Positions 49,415 through 61,740 of a stretch of DNA of 64,000 bases are shown here, piece by piece. This DNA comes from the human T2T-CHM13v2.0 reference genome, Homo sapiens. Each line of letters starts with the position of its first letter. The first letter of the stretch is position 1. The stretch lies in NCBI RefSeq assembly GCF_009914755.1, contig NC_060929.1; one strand, written 5' to 3'. The translations under genes and the position numbers were made by a program. Below the pieces are notes generated by a model that worked only from the letters and a program-made list of their open reading frames with translations, was not told the origin of the DNA and made no database searches.

Positions 49415-49850
49415 CCCCTTCATTTCATTGAAATTGACTTTGCTAAAGTCAATAATGGCTTCCATGTTAGCACTTCCAATAGGTCTTGATTCATCTTACA
49501 CATCTTCAAAGCAGCACTGAACCCAGCTGACAGCCTTATCTTTGAAGTTCTCTATTCCCAGCCACTGTGACTTAAAGGCTCTATGGTTTACTTTTCATTC
49601 TCTTTTGTGGGTTTTTTTTTTTTTTCTGGTCAACTGCTAAATATTAGAGTGCTTCAGGCCTAGACGATTGGCGTCTTGTCTTCTGCATCTCTAGTTTCTC
49701 AAGCAAAACAAGATACTGTTTAATATTATCTGGATTTTATTTCCTTATTTATTGGTTTATTTTTCATCTCCTCATACCAGTGTATAAACTTCATGAGTCA
49801 CAACAGATAGGAAGTGTTTTCTAAGTGTCTGTTGGATAAATAAATGGAAG
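49415..49850 (+). mobile_element. L2 fragments (RT remnant and 3' end), followed by (GGAA)n(GGTA)n to about 49878
   Basis: Translates HFIEIDFAKVNNGFHV...AALNPAD, resembling the L2 RT segment HSTETALxKVxNDL...AAFDTVDH. Terminus AAGTGTCTGTTGGATAAATAAATG. Confidence 0.65.
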
Positions 49851-49892
49851 GAAGGAAGGTAGGTAGGTAGGTAGGTAGAGGTATAAATTTTA

Positions 49893-50298
<406 letters not shown>

Positions 50299-51409
50299 CT
50301 ATCTTAGGGATCTCTTTTGCAGTAAGGCTTGGATCTGCTTTGTCTGCATGCTGCACCCCTCAGTATTCCACATTCTAGGCCAACTGCCCCTGAATGGTTG
50401 ACTCCAAGTTATTATCACAGCCCTGCCACCAGGAAATCCTAAAATCAACCTAGATTAAAGAGAAAGGCCTGGTCAGCTGTGATACTTGCTATGAGTGCAA
50501 ATGTTCCACAGATGAACTAGGTCATGCTGGATTTAGCCACTCTCTCAATGAGCAGGAATGCCAAAACTCATGGGGGCAGAGTGAGGTGCGTACTAGGCCT
50601 AAAGTGACTGCGTTCTCAGTAGAGGATCCCTTTCACAAGTGTTTCTGAGAAGCTCACTGTTTATTAGCATCAGACCTTGATCTCAATCATAGCAACTTGT
50701 CACCCATGAGACACGCCCAGCCCTCATCTCATTTCTTTTGAGTCCTCCAGGATGCTGCCTAGATTGGCCTTGAATTGTGGCCCTCATCCAGGCATTTGGC
50801 TGCCTTCACCCAGTACCAGCCCATCACCTGTCATGCCTCCTGCTTTCCCCAGCCAGATGGGCAGCCCCAATTTCTTAGCAGCTCTTGTGGAGAAGCTGTG
50901 TTATTTCAACAACCATATGCCAGAGCTTAGCACCTAGCAGTTTGTGATAAATAGACTTAATATAGTCAGGATCTCTGTTTAAGGAGAAATGCTAATGATG
51001 ATAAAGATTTACATTTTGTGATGCAACAATGTGATTATATAAACCTAAGGAAACAAATGAAAATAAATCACGTTGTGCTATTTGGTTTACAGTTTACGTG
51101 ATACGATTTTCATTGTTTTCCGATTTTCTATATTTTGTATTTTAAGTCATAGGAAAATAGAGGGGTAATTCGAATTTTCAAGTTGAAGATGTGCTTATTA
51201 CCATTTTAGAAATATAATAAACATTCATATCAAAGGGAAATTTGGCATGTCAGAAAAATGACACTAAGTTTTTGTTTCAAAATGTGGCCATATATTTCTT
51301 AATGTTTTTTACCTTTTAATAGCACCTTCAATTCTACATTCTCCCCCAGCGATCACAAAGTCAAAAACATCCTATTGTAACATCAAGGCACATATCTGAG
51401 GACTCTTCT

Positions 51410-51640
51410 CTCTAACTGAGCCTTCTTTATTATTCTTGGGCAAATTATTTAATCTATTTTAGCCTCTTTTCCCATCATCATTCTCACAAAGGATTAGTGA
51501 TAGATAAGGTAAGAGCTTATCTTTCACTTACCTTAGAGAGTTGTTCTGAAGACTGAATGAAATAAACCAGGTGAAATATTTAGCACACTGCTTGCTTAGT
51601 GAATGCTCAATGCATGTTTGTCATCATCATTCTCACCACC
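51410..51640 (+). mobile_element. MIR with an internal inverted repeat
   Basis: TCTTGGGCAAATTATTTAATCT...AGAGTTGTTCTGAAGACTGAATGAAATAA...TTAGCACACTGC...GAATGCTCAAT. Confidence 0.75.
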
Positions 51641-52367
51641 ATCATTAAACATATATACATAGTCAACATTTAACTTGGGATTTTCTCAGCATTCTTCAAA
51701 ACAGTTTACCACAGATATTAATATTCTGGTTCTAAAACAGTATCCGGCAAAAATTAGGCATTTAGTAAATGTATATTAAGTGTTGGTCACATATTATCTT
51801 CTTTGGTAGCTTTACTGAGGCAAAGACCATGTTGCATCCCATCTGAGGCTAGATGAAGTATCAGGAGCAGCAAAGACAATCGATGCTCGTTGAGTGAATG
51901 ATGCATAGCCGATGTTAAACATCCATTAGGAAATAACATAGAGAGCTTTGCATTCTATTACAATGACAGGTGACAATGGATGCACTCCCAACGAGAACAA
52001 TTTATAACCTCTCCTTTCTTGCCTTTTGCTGATAACTGATTACATATTTGAAGATCATTGCTGCAACCTATATAGTCTATCCAGCTGTATGAGACCAGCC
52101 TCACAGAGCAAACTTAAAGCATAGTGAAGGGAGAGATCTATCCTAAATCAAGCAGACACAGTGCATGATTATTGGCTATTAATTCTGTGGACACACAGCG
52201 TGAGAATTTAAATTCATAAACATTAAATAGGTAACTGTTAAATAGAGAGCACTTATTTAATTTGGTCACTTAACATACTTTCTGAATCTCTATGTGTTAG
52301 AAGAAAGATTGTAAATTTTCCATGACAAACGTGATAAAAGTATAATTTATTTCTCAATTTCTGTATT

Positions 52368-52520
52368 GCATGGTTTAGTAGAAAGGGCCCTGGGCTGGAA
52401 GACCCAGGAATACAGCCATAGCCTTGGCTTTGTAATTTTCACAAGTCACCTTACATTACGGCTTTAGTTTTCATCTGAAACCTGTCAGTTCCCTTCCAGC
52501 TGTAAAACCCTAAGTTTCTA
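52368..52520 (+). mobile_element. MIR3-like
   Basis: GCATGGTTTAGTAGAAAGGGCCCTGGGCTGGAAG...TTCCCTTCCAGCTGTAAAACCCTAAGTTTCTA. Confidence 0.6.
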
Positions 52521-55500
52521 ATAATAACCCCATCATCAAAATCTGGTGTTTTGTTAGTATCATTCTCCCAAAGCATTGCCGCAGACTACAATCAACTCTA
52601 TTATCCATGTTAGATTTTAACGTTATACCCGGGCTCTATCTACAGGGAGACAATATCAAATCAGTGCTCACAATGATGATTTGCTATACCCACGCAACTC
52701 CTTCTCCATGCGAATGAGACCTTCTCTGTGTAAATTGAAATTGCACATAGAGAACAGAGATATCATAAACGAGTATTTCCCATTCATTCTAATCACAGTT
52801 GACTCATGACAAGATGGCAGACAGGACCATAGCAGGTATCAGACTGCATTACTCAGGACCAATTAAGCCAAGTTATTCCATATAGACACAGGTTTTTTTC
52901 TTGAACGATGAAGGGAAAGACAGAAATTTTTGGCCATAGAAAAATTTACTATGATAAATACTGTCTCAACAAGCTACACATACACATGTATTTTTGCAAA
53001 GAAGCACCCATGCGTTTGAATTACTGTTAAAGTCAAGTTGCTGTGTGAAAACTGGGACACTTTCAGCATATATTCTCCAACATTTCTGATATCAAGTTAC
53101 AGTGGAGCTATTTGGCATGGTTGGATGCGATGGGCTGGCTTCCCTATGCCATATGCTATTGAATATGCAAGTTTTTCTACAAAAGTTTCCATAACTGATA
53201 CTAATTTCACACTTAATCCACATATACTAGCTATGCTGGAAGTTTAATACATAATATAATTATGGAGGAAACGATCAGTCTTTTTCCAAGGCTTGTTCCA
53301 GCCCTAAAGCAAATCATTCTGCATTATCTGTGGTAATACGTGGAAGCACAATAATGTTATTTTGAAATAACATGAGATTTTTTTTTAAGATTCTACAGTT
53401 TCTGATTTGGAGTTGTTTCTACACTTTTAAAAACTTCATATTTTTAACACAAAAACACAAATGTAACATAAGGTTATGGTATCATGTATATCGAGGCACA
53501 CTTGCATAACCATCGAGTCTCTCAACAATGAATGATCCTAAATTCCTGCACTCAGAAGCCTCCAATGACATCTTTGTATTTTATGACTCTACACTGGAAT
53601 AATCACAAACCTACAAAGGGGCATTTCTCAGATGTGCACAGGTTTAGTGGTTCAGTACAGAGTACTAGAGGCTGGAGTCCACGTTTCTTCAGAGAAGAAC
53701 TTTTGATGAATTTACTACAGTGACAATCTCAGTTCATCTCCAAGTAGAACATAACAAGAAAGACAGGTCCCTTCACTGAGGTCTGAAAAGAACTAATGCA
53801 CCGGGGACTTCCTGCACCTGCTCTTATGGCTCTCTTTTTTCTGGTTGGATTGCCTCCTCTTCCCTTATCGAAACTCTGCCCCCTTCTCAGCCAGTCCTAC
53901 TCACTGGTGCCCTTGACCACTCTGCCCTGGCCAGGGCTTACAACAATGAGCCCATGTTGCTGTGAAGCGGGTGCAGGGGGTCTGCACGTCTCATTCTCTC
54001 CATCTATGGCCTTCAGTTCTGGTGCTCTATCTGTGTTGCTGTCACAGTGATTCCTCAGCTAATTAATCCCCTGGTTATACAAACTCAACCATGTTTAAAA
54101 AGTGATCCTCATAAATCATCATGGGCAGAAATGCTTGTTAAGGAAAAAAGGCCTTCTAGGGCTGGCTCCTTTTGGAACTATCTCAGATAAGGGTAAGAGG
54201 GTGGGCAGGAGGTGGGCTGTGAAGCCCTAAAGCCTGGGGCTGGAATCTGTGATCCCCTCACTGCACCCCACACTTGCCCCACCTGTGACCTCCACCTTCC
54301 CACGTCCCCTCCACAGGACTCTTCAGCCTTTGCAGACACTCAAGACAGCGTGTGCCCTTTCACCTCCTAACAAAACAGTCATTTGAATTGTTTCCCTGAC
54401 TTATGACGCCCTGACTCAAACACAATCACACACTAAGGCATGAAATCTGAAAGTACTTTTGTTGTAAGTTGCAGAATGAAATGCTTTTGTTCTTTGGCTA
54501 ATGGAATTTCAAGCATCAGCAAACAGTGGATTTTTATTGTTCTTTTGTGTCTAGAAGGACCAGTGAAGAGACTCTCCAGTCCTCCCTGGGTTAATGGAGG
54601 CTGAGTGAGGACGCTCCTGGTGACACAGGGAACCCTGCATTAACACAGTTTCTTTCCCCCAACAAAGCCCTGCTCAAAAGAATTTTAGGCAATTTGAAGA
54701 CGGATGCTAGAGGCCTAAGGAAGGAGATAAGCTTCTGTCTGTTCCCCTCCAGGAGTTCCTGTCTAAAAGAGCCCATCTCTCCTTGTTTTAACAAAGTACC
54801 TACACACTTTAACAAAATGATTGTCAAAACAAAATTAATGCAGTTCCAACGTTTACTGGTGATAATATACACTAGAGCTTGTAACGTACATTCAACTGTA
54901 TACGCATCATCACTTCGTTTTGCAAAACTTATTTTGTTTCTCATCATGCAAAGGAAGCAAACCTTAAAAAAAAAGACTACAATGTTGTCCTTTTACTTGA
55001 CTCAAACATAGCATATAAAAATATGCTATGTTCATTGATCCATAGCTTACTCACAATTCTCAAAATTCTTTGTATGATAGATTTGACAAGGAATTTAAAT
55101 CGAATATTTAACTAACTTTTACTAATTTAGAAAAGCAGGCTGTCTGAAGAAGCCGAAAGTCATTTTTGTGTTTATTGTAAGATAACCTTTCCCCAGTGGC
55201 AGCCAGCAACACATCTGCATTCCTACCTTCCTTATGACACACTCACTATGGAGAGCTCTAGGGCTTTTTAGCTGCAGCCAAACATCCATGCTTGAGTTAC
55301 ATATCAAAGGAGATTTTTCATCCTTAGCCCAACTCACAGCACTTAGAGCACAATGTGCTGAATTTTTAACAGGAAACCGCCTCTTTGTGTAGTCCCTTCC
55401 CCAGGAGGCTCTTGTCAAAACATGTGATATTTCAGAGTTCAACTTCCTGGCTGCACAAACTGATACATTGTCTTTTTGTACCATGAGTAACATTTTCAAA

Positions 55501-55723
55501 TTAAAAAAAAAACACATAATCATATTTCATGTCCTCAAAGAATTTAGGAAGAGGTTAAATTTAAACATTTTGATTCAGATCTCAGCCTTTGTAAATAAGG
55601 ATACATAACATTCCATCACCTACCTATGAGACCACAGAAATATCAAAAGCTAGGACAAGAACAGCAGTACTGTGAACCACACACAGTTAAAAAGCGTTCA
55701 TTGTCCAACACCACAAGTAAGTT

Positions 55724-56551
55724 CAGCAGTTCTCAAATAGCATCCATCCCTGCCCAGGGCCACTGTCTGTGTGTCTTCCCATTCTCCCCAGGTCTGCAGA
55801 ATCCCAAAAATGTGCACATGAGGTTAACTGGCATGCCTACACAGTCCCACTGTGAGTGTGTGTGGGTGTGTGTGAAAGGTGCAGCGATGGGATGGTGCCC
55901 TGTTCAGGGCTTGGTGGCCACCTGGTACCCTGAGCTGCTGGGATAGGCTCTGGGCCACCCAAGTCCTTGAACAGAAATAAGAAGGTAAATCACTATCTTA
56001 CTTGTTTTTTTGTTTGTTCGTTTTGAGGCAGAGTCTCGCTCTGTCACCCAGGCTGGAGTATAGTGGCACTATCTTGGCTCACTACAACCTCCATCTCCCA
56101 GGTTCAAGGATTCTCCTGCCTCAGCCTCCTATGTAGCTGGAATTGCACGTGTGTGCCACCACACATGGCTAATTTTTGTATTTTTGGTAGACAGGGTTTC
56201 ACCATGTTGGCCAGGTTGGTCTTGAACTCCTGGCCCTAAGTGATCTACTCGCCTCAGCTTCCCAAAGTGCTGGGATTACAGACATGAGCCACCATGCCCG
56301 GTCTATCTTACTTGTTTTTATTAAACTTTCCTAAATGTATGGATAACACACATTCATTTCTTGTTGAATATTAGAAGCGTTTTGGTCTTCATTCAGAAGT
56401 TTGGTGATGTTTTTGTGACCAGAAGCCGCCATACAAACTTAACTCTTGTTTATACCAACTCGCCTATGGTGAAATTGGTTCTGTCATATGTTGTTTTGCT
56501 TCAAGTCGCAGTTTCCGGAACCTATCGATGACGTTAAGTGTGCACCTGCTG
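55724..56551 (+). mobile_element. MER6A (TcMar-Tigger), interrupted by an Alu
   Basis: CAGCAG start; GGGCCACTGTCTGTGTG...CCCTGAGCTGCTGGGATAGGCTC...AGAAGTTTGGTGATGTTTTTGTGACCAGAA...GAACCTATCGATGACGTTAAGTG end. Confidence 0.88.
56010..56303 (-). mobile_element. Full-length AluS
   Basis: Antisense dimer; TSD TATCTTACTTGTTTTT at 55994-56009 and 56304-56319. Confidence 0.95.
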
Positions 56552-56664
56552 TGTATGCTGCCTTGTTTTAGGCAGTGCTGATCCTCAGGCCTCACTTCCA
56601 GGTGCTGGCCCAGCTGGCTGAGGACAGGGGCAGCTGGTGCCTTCGGTAGAATCACGCCAGCCAC

Positions 56665-57470
56665 CACTTGCTAGAGTTTGCCACACGCCAGCCCTCTTCT
56701 AAACATGTCTAAGCATTTTGTTATGTATTAACACTTAATCCTCAGAATACCCCTGTGTTTTAGGAACTATCAGCACCCCCACTTTATACATAAGAAAACT
56801 AGGGTGCAAAATTAAAACCAAAATTACCACTTGATCCAGCCATTCCACTCCTAGGTACACACCCAGGAGAACTGAAACAGGGACTCACACTGACACCTGT
56901 ACACCAGTTTTCACTGCAGCCCGAAGTGGAAGGACCCACGTGTCCATCAACAGAGGAATGGAAGAAGAAAATATGGTCTGTCCATACTGTGGAATATTAT
57001 TTAAAGTGAAAAAGGAATAAAATTCTGATACATGCTCAATATAGATGAATCTTAATGACATGCTAAGTGAAGTAAGCCAGACACAGAAGGACAAATACTG
57101 TATGAATCTGCTTACATAATGTACCTAGAGTAGGCAAATTCATAGAGACAAAAGAAAAAGAAGGTGGGGTTGGGGGAGAGCAGATGGGGAGTTACAATTT
57201 ATACTTTCAGTTTTGGAAGATGAAAAAATTCTGGAAATGGATAGAGTGATGGTTGCACACTATTGTAAATATACTTAATAACGCTGAATTTTATACTTAA
57301 AAATTATTAAAATGGTAAATGTTATGTATTTTTTTACCACAATAAAAAAAAAGAAAAAACTAAGATGCAAAGAAGTAGAATACAGTTCTCCAAATTGTCA
57401 GGCCTACAAATGGCAGAGTGTGGCTTAGAACTCAGGCAGGCTGGCGCCAGAAGCCTCGTCCTTCCCTACT
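56665..57470 (-). mobile_element. MIR split by an L1MB (pieces about 56665-56810 and 57356-57470)
   Basis: CCCACTTTATACATAAGAAAACTAGGGTGCAAA resumes as AGAAG...TGGCAGAGTGTGGCTTAGAACTCAGGCAGGCTGGCGCCAGA. Confidence 0.75.
56811..57355 (+). mobile_element. L1MB 3' fragment
   Basis: TTACCACTTGATCCAGCCATTCCACTCCTAGGTA...GCCAGACACAGAAGGACAAATACTGTATGA...TTTTACCACAATAAAAAA. TSD AAAACTA(G/A)G(G/A)TGCAAA. Confidence 0.92.
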
Positions 57471-57799
57471 CATGCAAAGATACACTGTGCCCCACAGTAC
57501 CTCTTTCAAGTCTCCACTGCATCCCGCACAAGGCCTTCTGGGAGCCTGCCCTGGAATCCCACCCCCTGTACCCTTCCCACCCATCCACCTCTAGGCAGAA
57601 CTCAGGCTCGAGGTCTCCCCACCTTTGCTCCATCTCAGCCCCTTCCCTTTATCTCCAAGCTCTAAAGCTCCCCTTAGATAGAAGCAAAGGTGGAGTCAAT
57701 GGCAGTTCCAAGGCATCTCTGAGACTTTTTATCAGTTGTTCCTCTAGTGATAGTTTCTCACCAAGAGCTTGGTCATAGCATGACACTCCTCTAAGCTGC

Positions 57800-57955
57800 T
57801 GTGTCATTATATTTAATATTTCATATAAACCTGTCTTCTAAATTTTACTGTATACTCTTAACGAGAAAGGGTGATCTTATGCTTTATGTTTCCCTGGGCA
57901 CTTAACAGAGAACAGTGGACACACAGGCGTGCAATAAACATTGTGTAATAAATGT
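57800..57955 (+). mobile_element. L2 3' end
   Basis: GGGCACTTAACAGAGAACAGTGGACACACAGGCGTGCAATAAACATTGTGTAATAAATG. Confidence 0.55.
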
Positions 57956-60900
57956 CTTCCTAACAGTTACCCCAGGGTGTAGTCAACATAATGGCAATGG
58001 TTTATGACTTGGGTACGGCGCTGCATTAAGGGTGTTTTTCCAAACAGATTTAAACAGATTTCTTTGGAAAAGTAAATAAACTAGAATAATATCATAATAA
58101 CATAACAATATTAATAGAGTCAATTTAAAAAACCCATGCAGTATGAGCACTCATATAAAGAGAGCCACATTTAAAAGCTCGCGGGGGACTTATCAATCAA
58201 TGTCATTTTCACAATGGGTCCCCAAGCCTGGGAATCTCATACAGGGTTCAGAAAGAATGAACATATTGTTACTACTGCAGTTGTACTTGGTGTCAAATGA
58301 CAAGATCATCCATCAAGGAGGCATCACTGTAACTTGGAGACAAGCCGCACAGGTCACAGGCACAGAAGCTTTTGGAGTTGAGATAATTTTCACAGACTTG
58401 AAGCTGTGCTCTTAAGTAATGGCTTTCTGGGTTTTCATTTGTATACTCACTTTGTGTCAACAAGTAAAACACAGCAACCCATGAAATGAAGAGTTCTTAT
58501 TCCCAGTAGTTCACATAAAAAAAAAATGAAATTTCTTATTAGAAATATTCAAGAGTTCGTCCTCCATGTCATGGAGTTATCAAAAGTCAAAGTAATTGAA
58601 ATATATCAGAGGGACTGGGACAGCCTTGAACAGAGTGGGAAACAACATCCCTTGGAAAATACCAAAAGGGAGGTGCAGAGTCTGGGGCTGGTGTCAGGTC
58701 CTCAGGGAACTCTTCCTCCAATGTCCAGCTTCACACTGGTGCCAAGCCCTGCCCAACCCAATGTAAGCCTGCACCACAGAGTATATGGCCTTGGGGAGTT
58801 GGCCGTGCTGGCCTTTCTGAGATGCACACCTTACACCCTGGAGTCTGAACCAGGGGCCACAAAGGAAGTGAGCAGCGACCTAGCTCTGACAGAAGAAGGC
58901 CTTCCAGTGGGGCAGGCACCTGCCCTGACCTCAGCAGGCACTTTAGACTTCCCCTTTTCATCAGTGGCCAGGTGGCCCCAGAGGCTGCTGGGATGGAGCA
59001 GAGCTGTCTGGCTGGGCAATTCATGTTGTCGGCTTCAAGAGACACACTTGAGTTTCTGATCTTCTCACAGAGGCCGGCGTTGACAGGTATGGAGTGATGA
59101 AAATATGTGGGAAGGGAACCCCAGGATCACAGTGTGCTAACCAGGACAGACTGGTGCCGGCAGGAAATAGCAATGCGGAAAACAGGGACACAAGGCCATA
59201 TTTTTCCGTCATTGGCTGTGAAGATCTAGGAAATAAGGGTTGCTTGCCACTGACCAAAAGGAAACTGAAATGAAGTCTTGATCAAAAGGTAGCACTGTCT
59301 GCCTCCTACTTAGCATAATGCTCTATTAGCTGTGCAAAAAACTGGCAAAAAACAAAACAAAACAACAACAACAGCAAAAACAGAGATATTGTGTTTAGGA
59401 ATGCTACTAAATGGATTATTTAATTTCAGTTAAAAAATTCAAATGCTTTATAAAACCAAAGCGTCTTCCAATGAAGTACATTTTATTTGCAGATATTCAG
59501 AAAAGGAAACAAAATTCTTCCATAGTTCATAAACAAGAAATACACACTGTGGTTCTACATAATTTGAGCCATCTTTGATCTATTTTTAACTCTGCCTTGG
59601 CACTCAAGAAAAACTCACGGGAAAAAAAATGATTCAATAAAAAGCAATATCCTCATGGGAAGATAATCAAATAAAGCTTAGTTTGGAAACTGGTTTTGTA
59701 GTTTCCTAAATACAAAGCATGCAGTGGATTTACTACATCTTTAGCATAACTATGAATATGAATGGGGTCTCCAGAGCTAACCCAAGATTATGCAGATAGT
59801 TTAAGCTTTATTCCAGGCAAAATTTCAACTAGATTTAGAAACATTTTCATAAAAAAGGGCTGTAAAGAGATTAATGGTATTTTCAAACAATCTAAAATCA
59901 TGGATTTGAGAGATCTTGCCTTGGTTTATTGTCTTTAAAATTACTCAGAACAATACACACTTGGGTATCTAAAACAGAATTATCAAAATCCTTTTGTACT
60001 GATAACCCCATAATTCCTATATTATTTAGAAAAAGTAATTTATCTTGAAAATTACATATTATATGCTATAAGATTGTTTTTTAAAGCTGTACTTTTTCTG
60101 AGCTTCAGGCAATATTGTACCTTGCAGTAAGCTTAGTTTCCGAAACCAAAAATGTTCCAATGGAATTGGCATCCTAGATTCTCCTTGACTGCAATAGTTC
60201 CTTTGATTTTAACTCCATAAGTGCTCACCTCAAAGTTTTCATTATCAAAATAGTTGGCACAACTCTACTGGGGAAGCAAAGATATGATGAGGATTCCAGG
60301 ATGACTCATAATATCTCGATACATAATGAGTGTACCAACCAAAAGCTCCCTTTAGTAAATAGCAATAATGTCAGATGGTTAGAAATGGGTAGGAGTTGAA
60401 TAATCCTGCCTCGATAACCATCACGCAGCTTCAAAGAATGGACTTATAGATCCAATTTGGCCTCATGATCAAGTATTCGTTACCCAGCAAATGCAAAAGG
60501 TCTCATGGCCTGTGTGTGTGATTTGGGGAAGTCCCCCTCCCTGCTTTCCAGCCCTGGGACATCTCCGTAGTTAATTTCCAGGAGGTAGAAGAGGCTCACT
60601 CCAAGGTGGATGCAGCAGTGTTTTGGGGACAGGCACAGCCAGTCTTCAAGTCAGTTCAGGACACCAAGTCCTTTGGAATTGGGGTGTTGTGGCATCCACA
60701 GGGCTTCAGACCTCCAGGCCTCAGCACTGCACTCAAAATACTAGAATGTGTTATTTTCTGGAATCTGACATCCCAGTCACATAAGAGGGGCAGAGCCTTA
60801 ACAATATTTCTGATCACATATATATCTTAATGCCACTCATTTCGTCTACAACTACGTGTTTCTAGCTTCCCTTTTGTACTTAGCAAACATGATGGTGTGG

Positions 60901-61353
60901 ATTTTGGTACCAATTTTTGAAGGGCCCAGGGATCATACTTAGATTATGAACTCTTGACTGGGGTTTTTTAACTGCTGATTATCCAAGCCTACAGTAAAAA
61001 ATAATGTGAACTTACAAACGCACACAAAAAGCAGCACCCTGTTTACACTGTAGTATCTTTAAAGTCAATTGCTCTGCAGACAATACAACACACGGCTTTG
61101 TCTCCTGCAAGCAACGAAAATAACATCCTGCAGACATAACTGTCATTAGAGGTTTACTCTACTGGCAAGAGATGAAGTAATGGAAAATGTTGATACCTTG
61201 TTAGAACTGATCATTCTGAATTTACAAAAGGTGTGGTCAGGCAAGGATGGTGGGTACAAGTGTCTCCAGAAAAGGACACCTGGCCAAGGAACATGGGAAT
61301 AGTACCATGAAAATATGTCAAATACAGGAACAAAAGCCAGCAGCAAGGAACTA

Positions 61354-61740
<387 letters not shown>

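Noticed and set aside
58526-59059. 177-aa ATG-initiated ORF
   Set aside because: No recognisable homology or domain, and it lies in a GC-richer stretch where long ORFs arise by chance. It would need Ribo-seq or PhyloCSF support.
61150-61230. 81-nt open exon-like unit ([27 protein letters not shown]) on +
   Set aside because: The acceptor has almost no pyrimidine tract, and the sequence loosely resembles a decayed CR1/L3 endonuclease segment.
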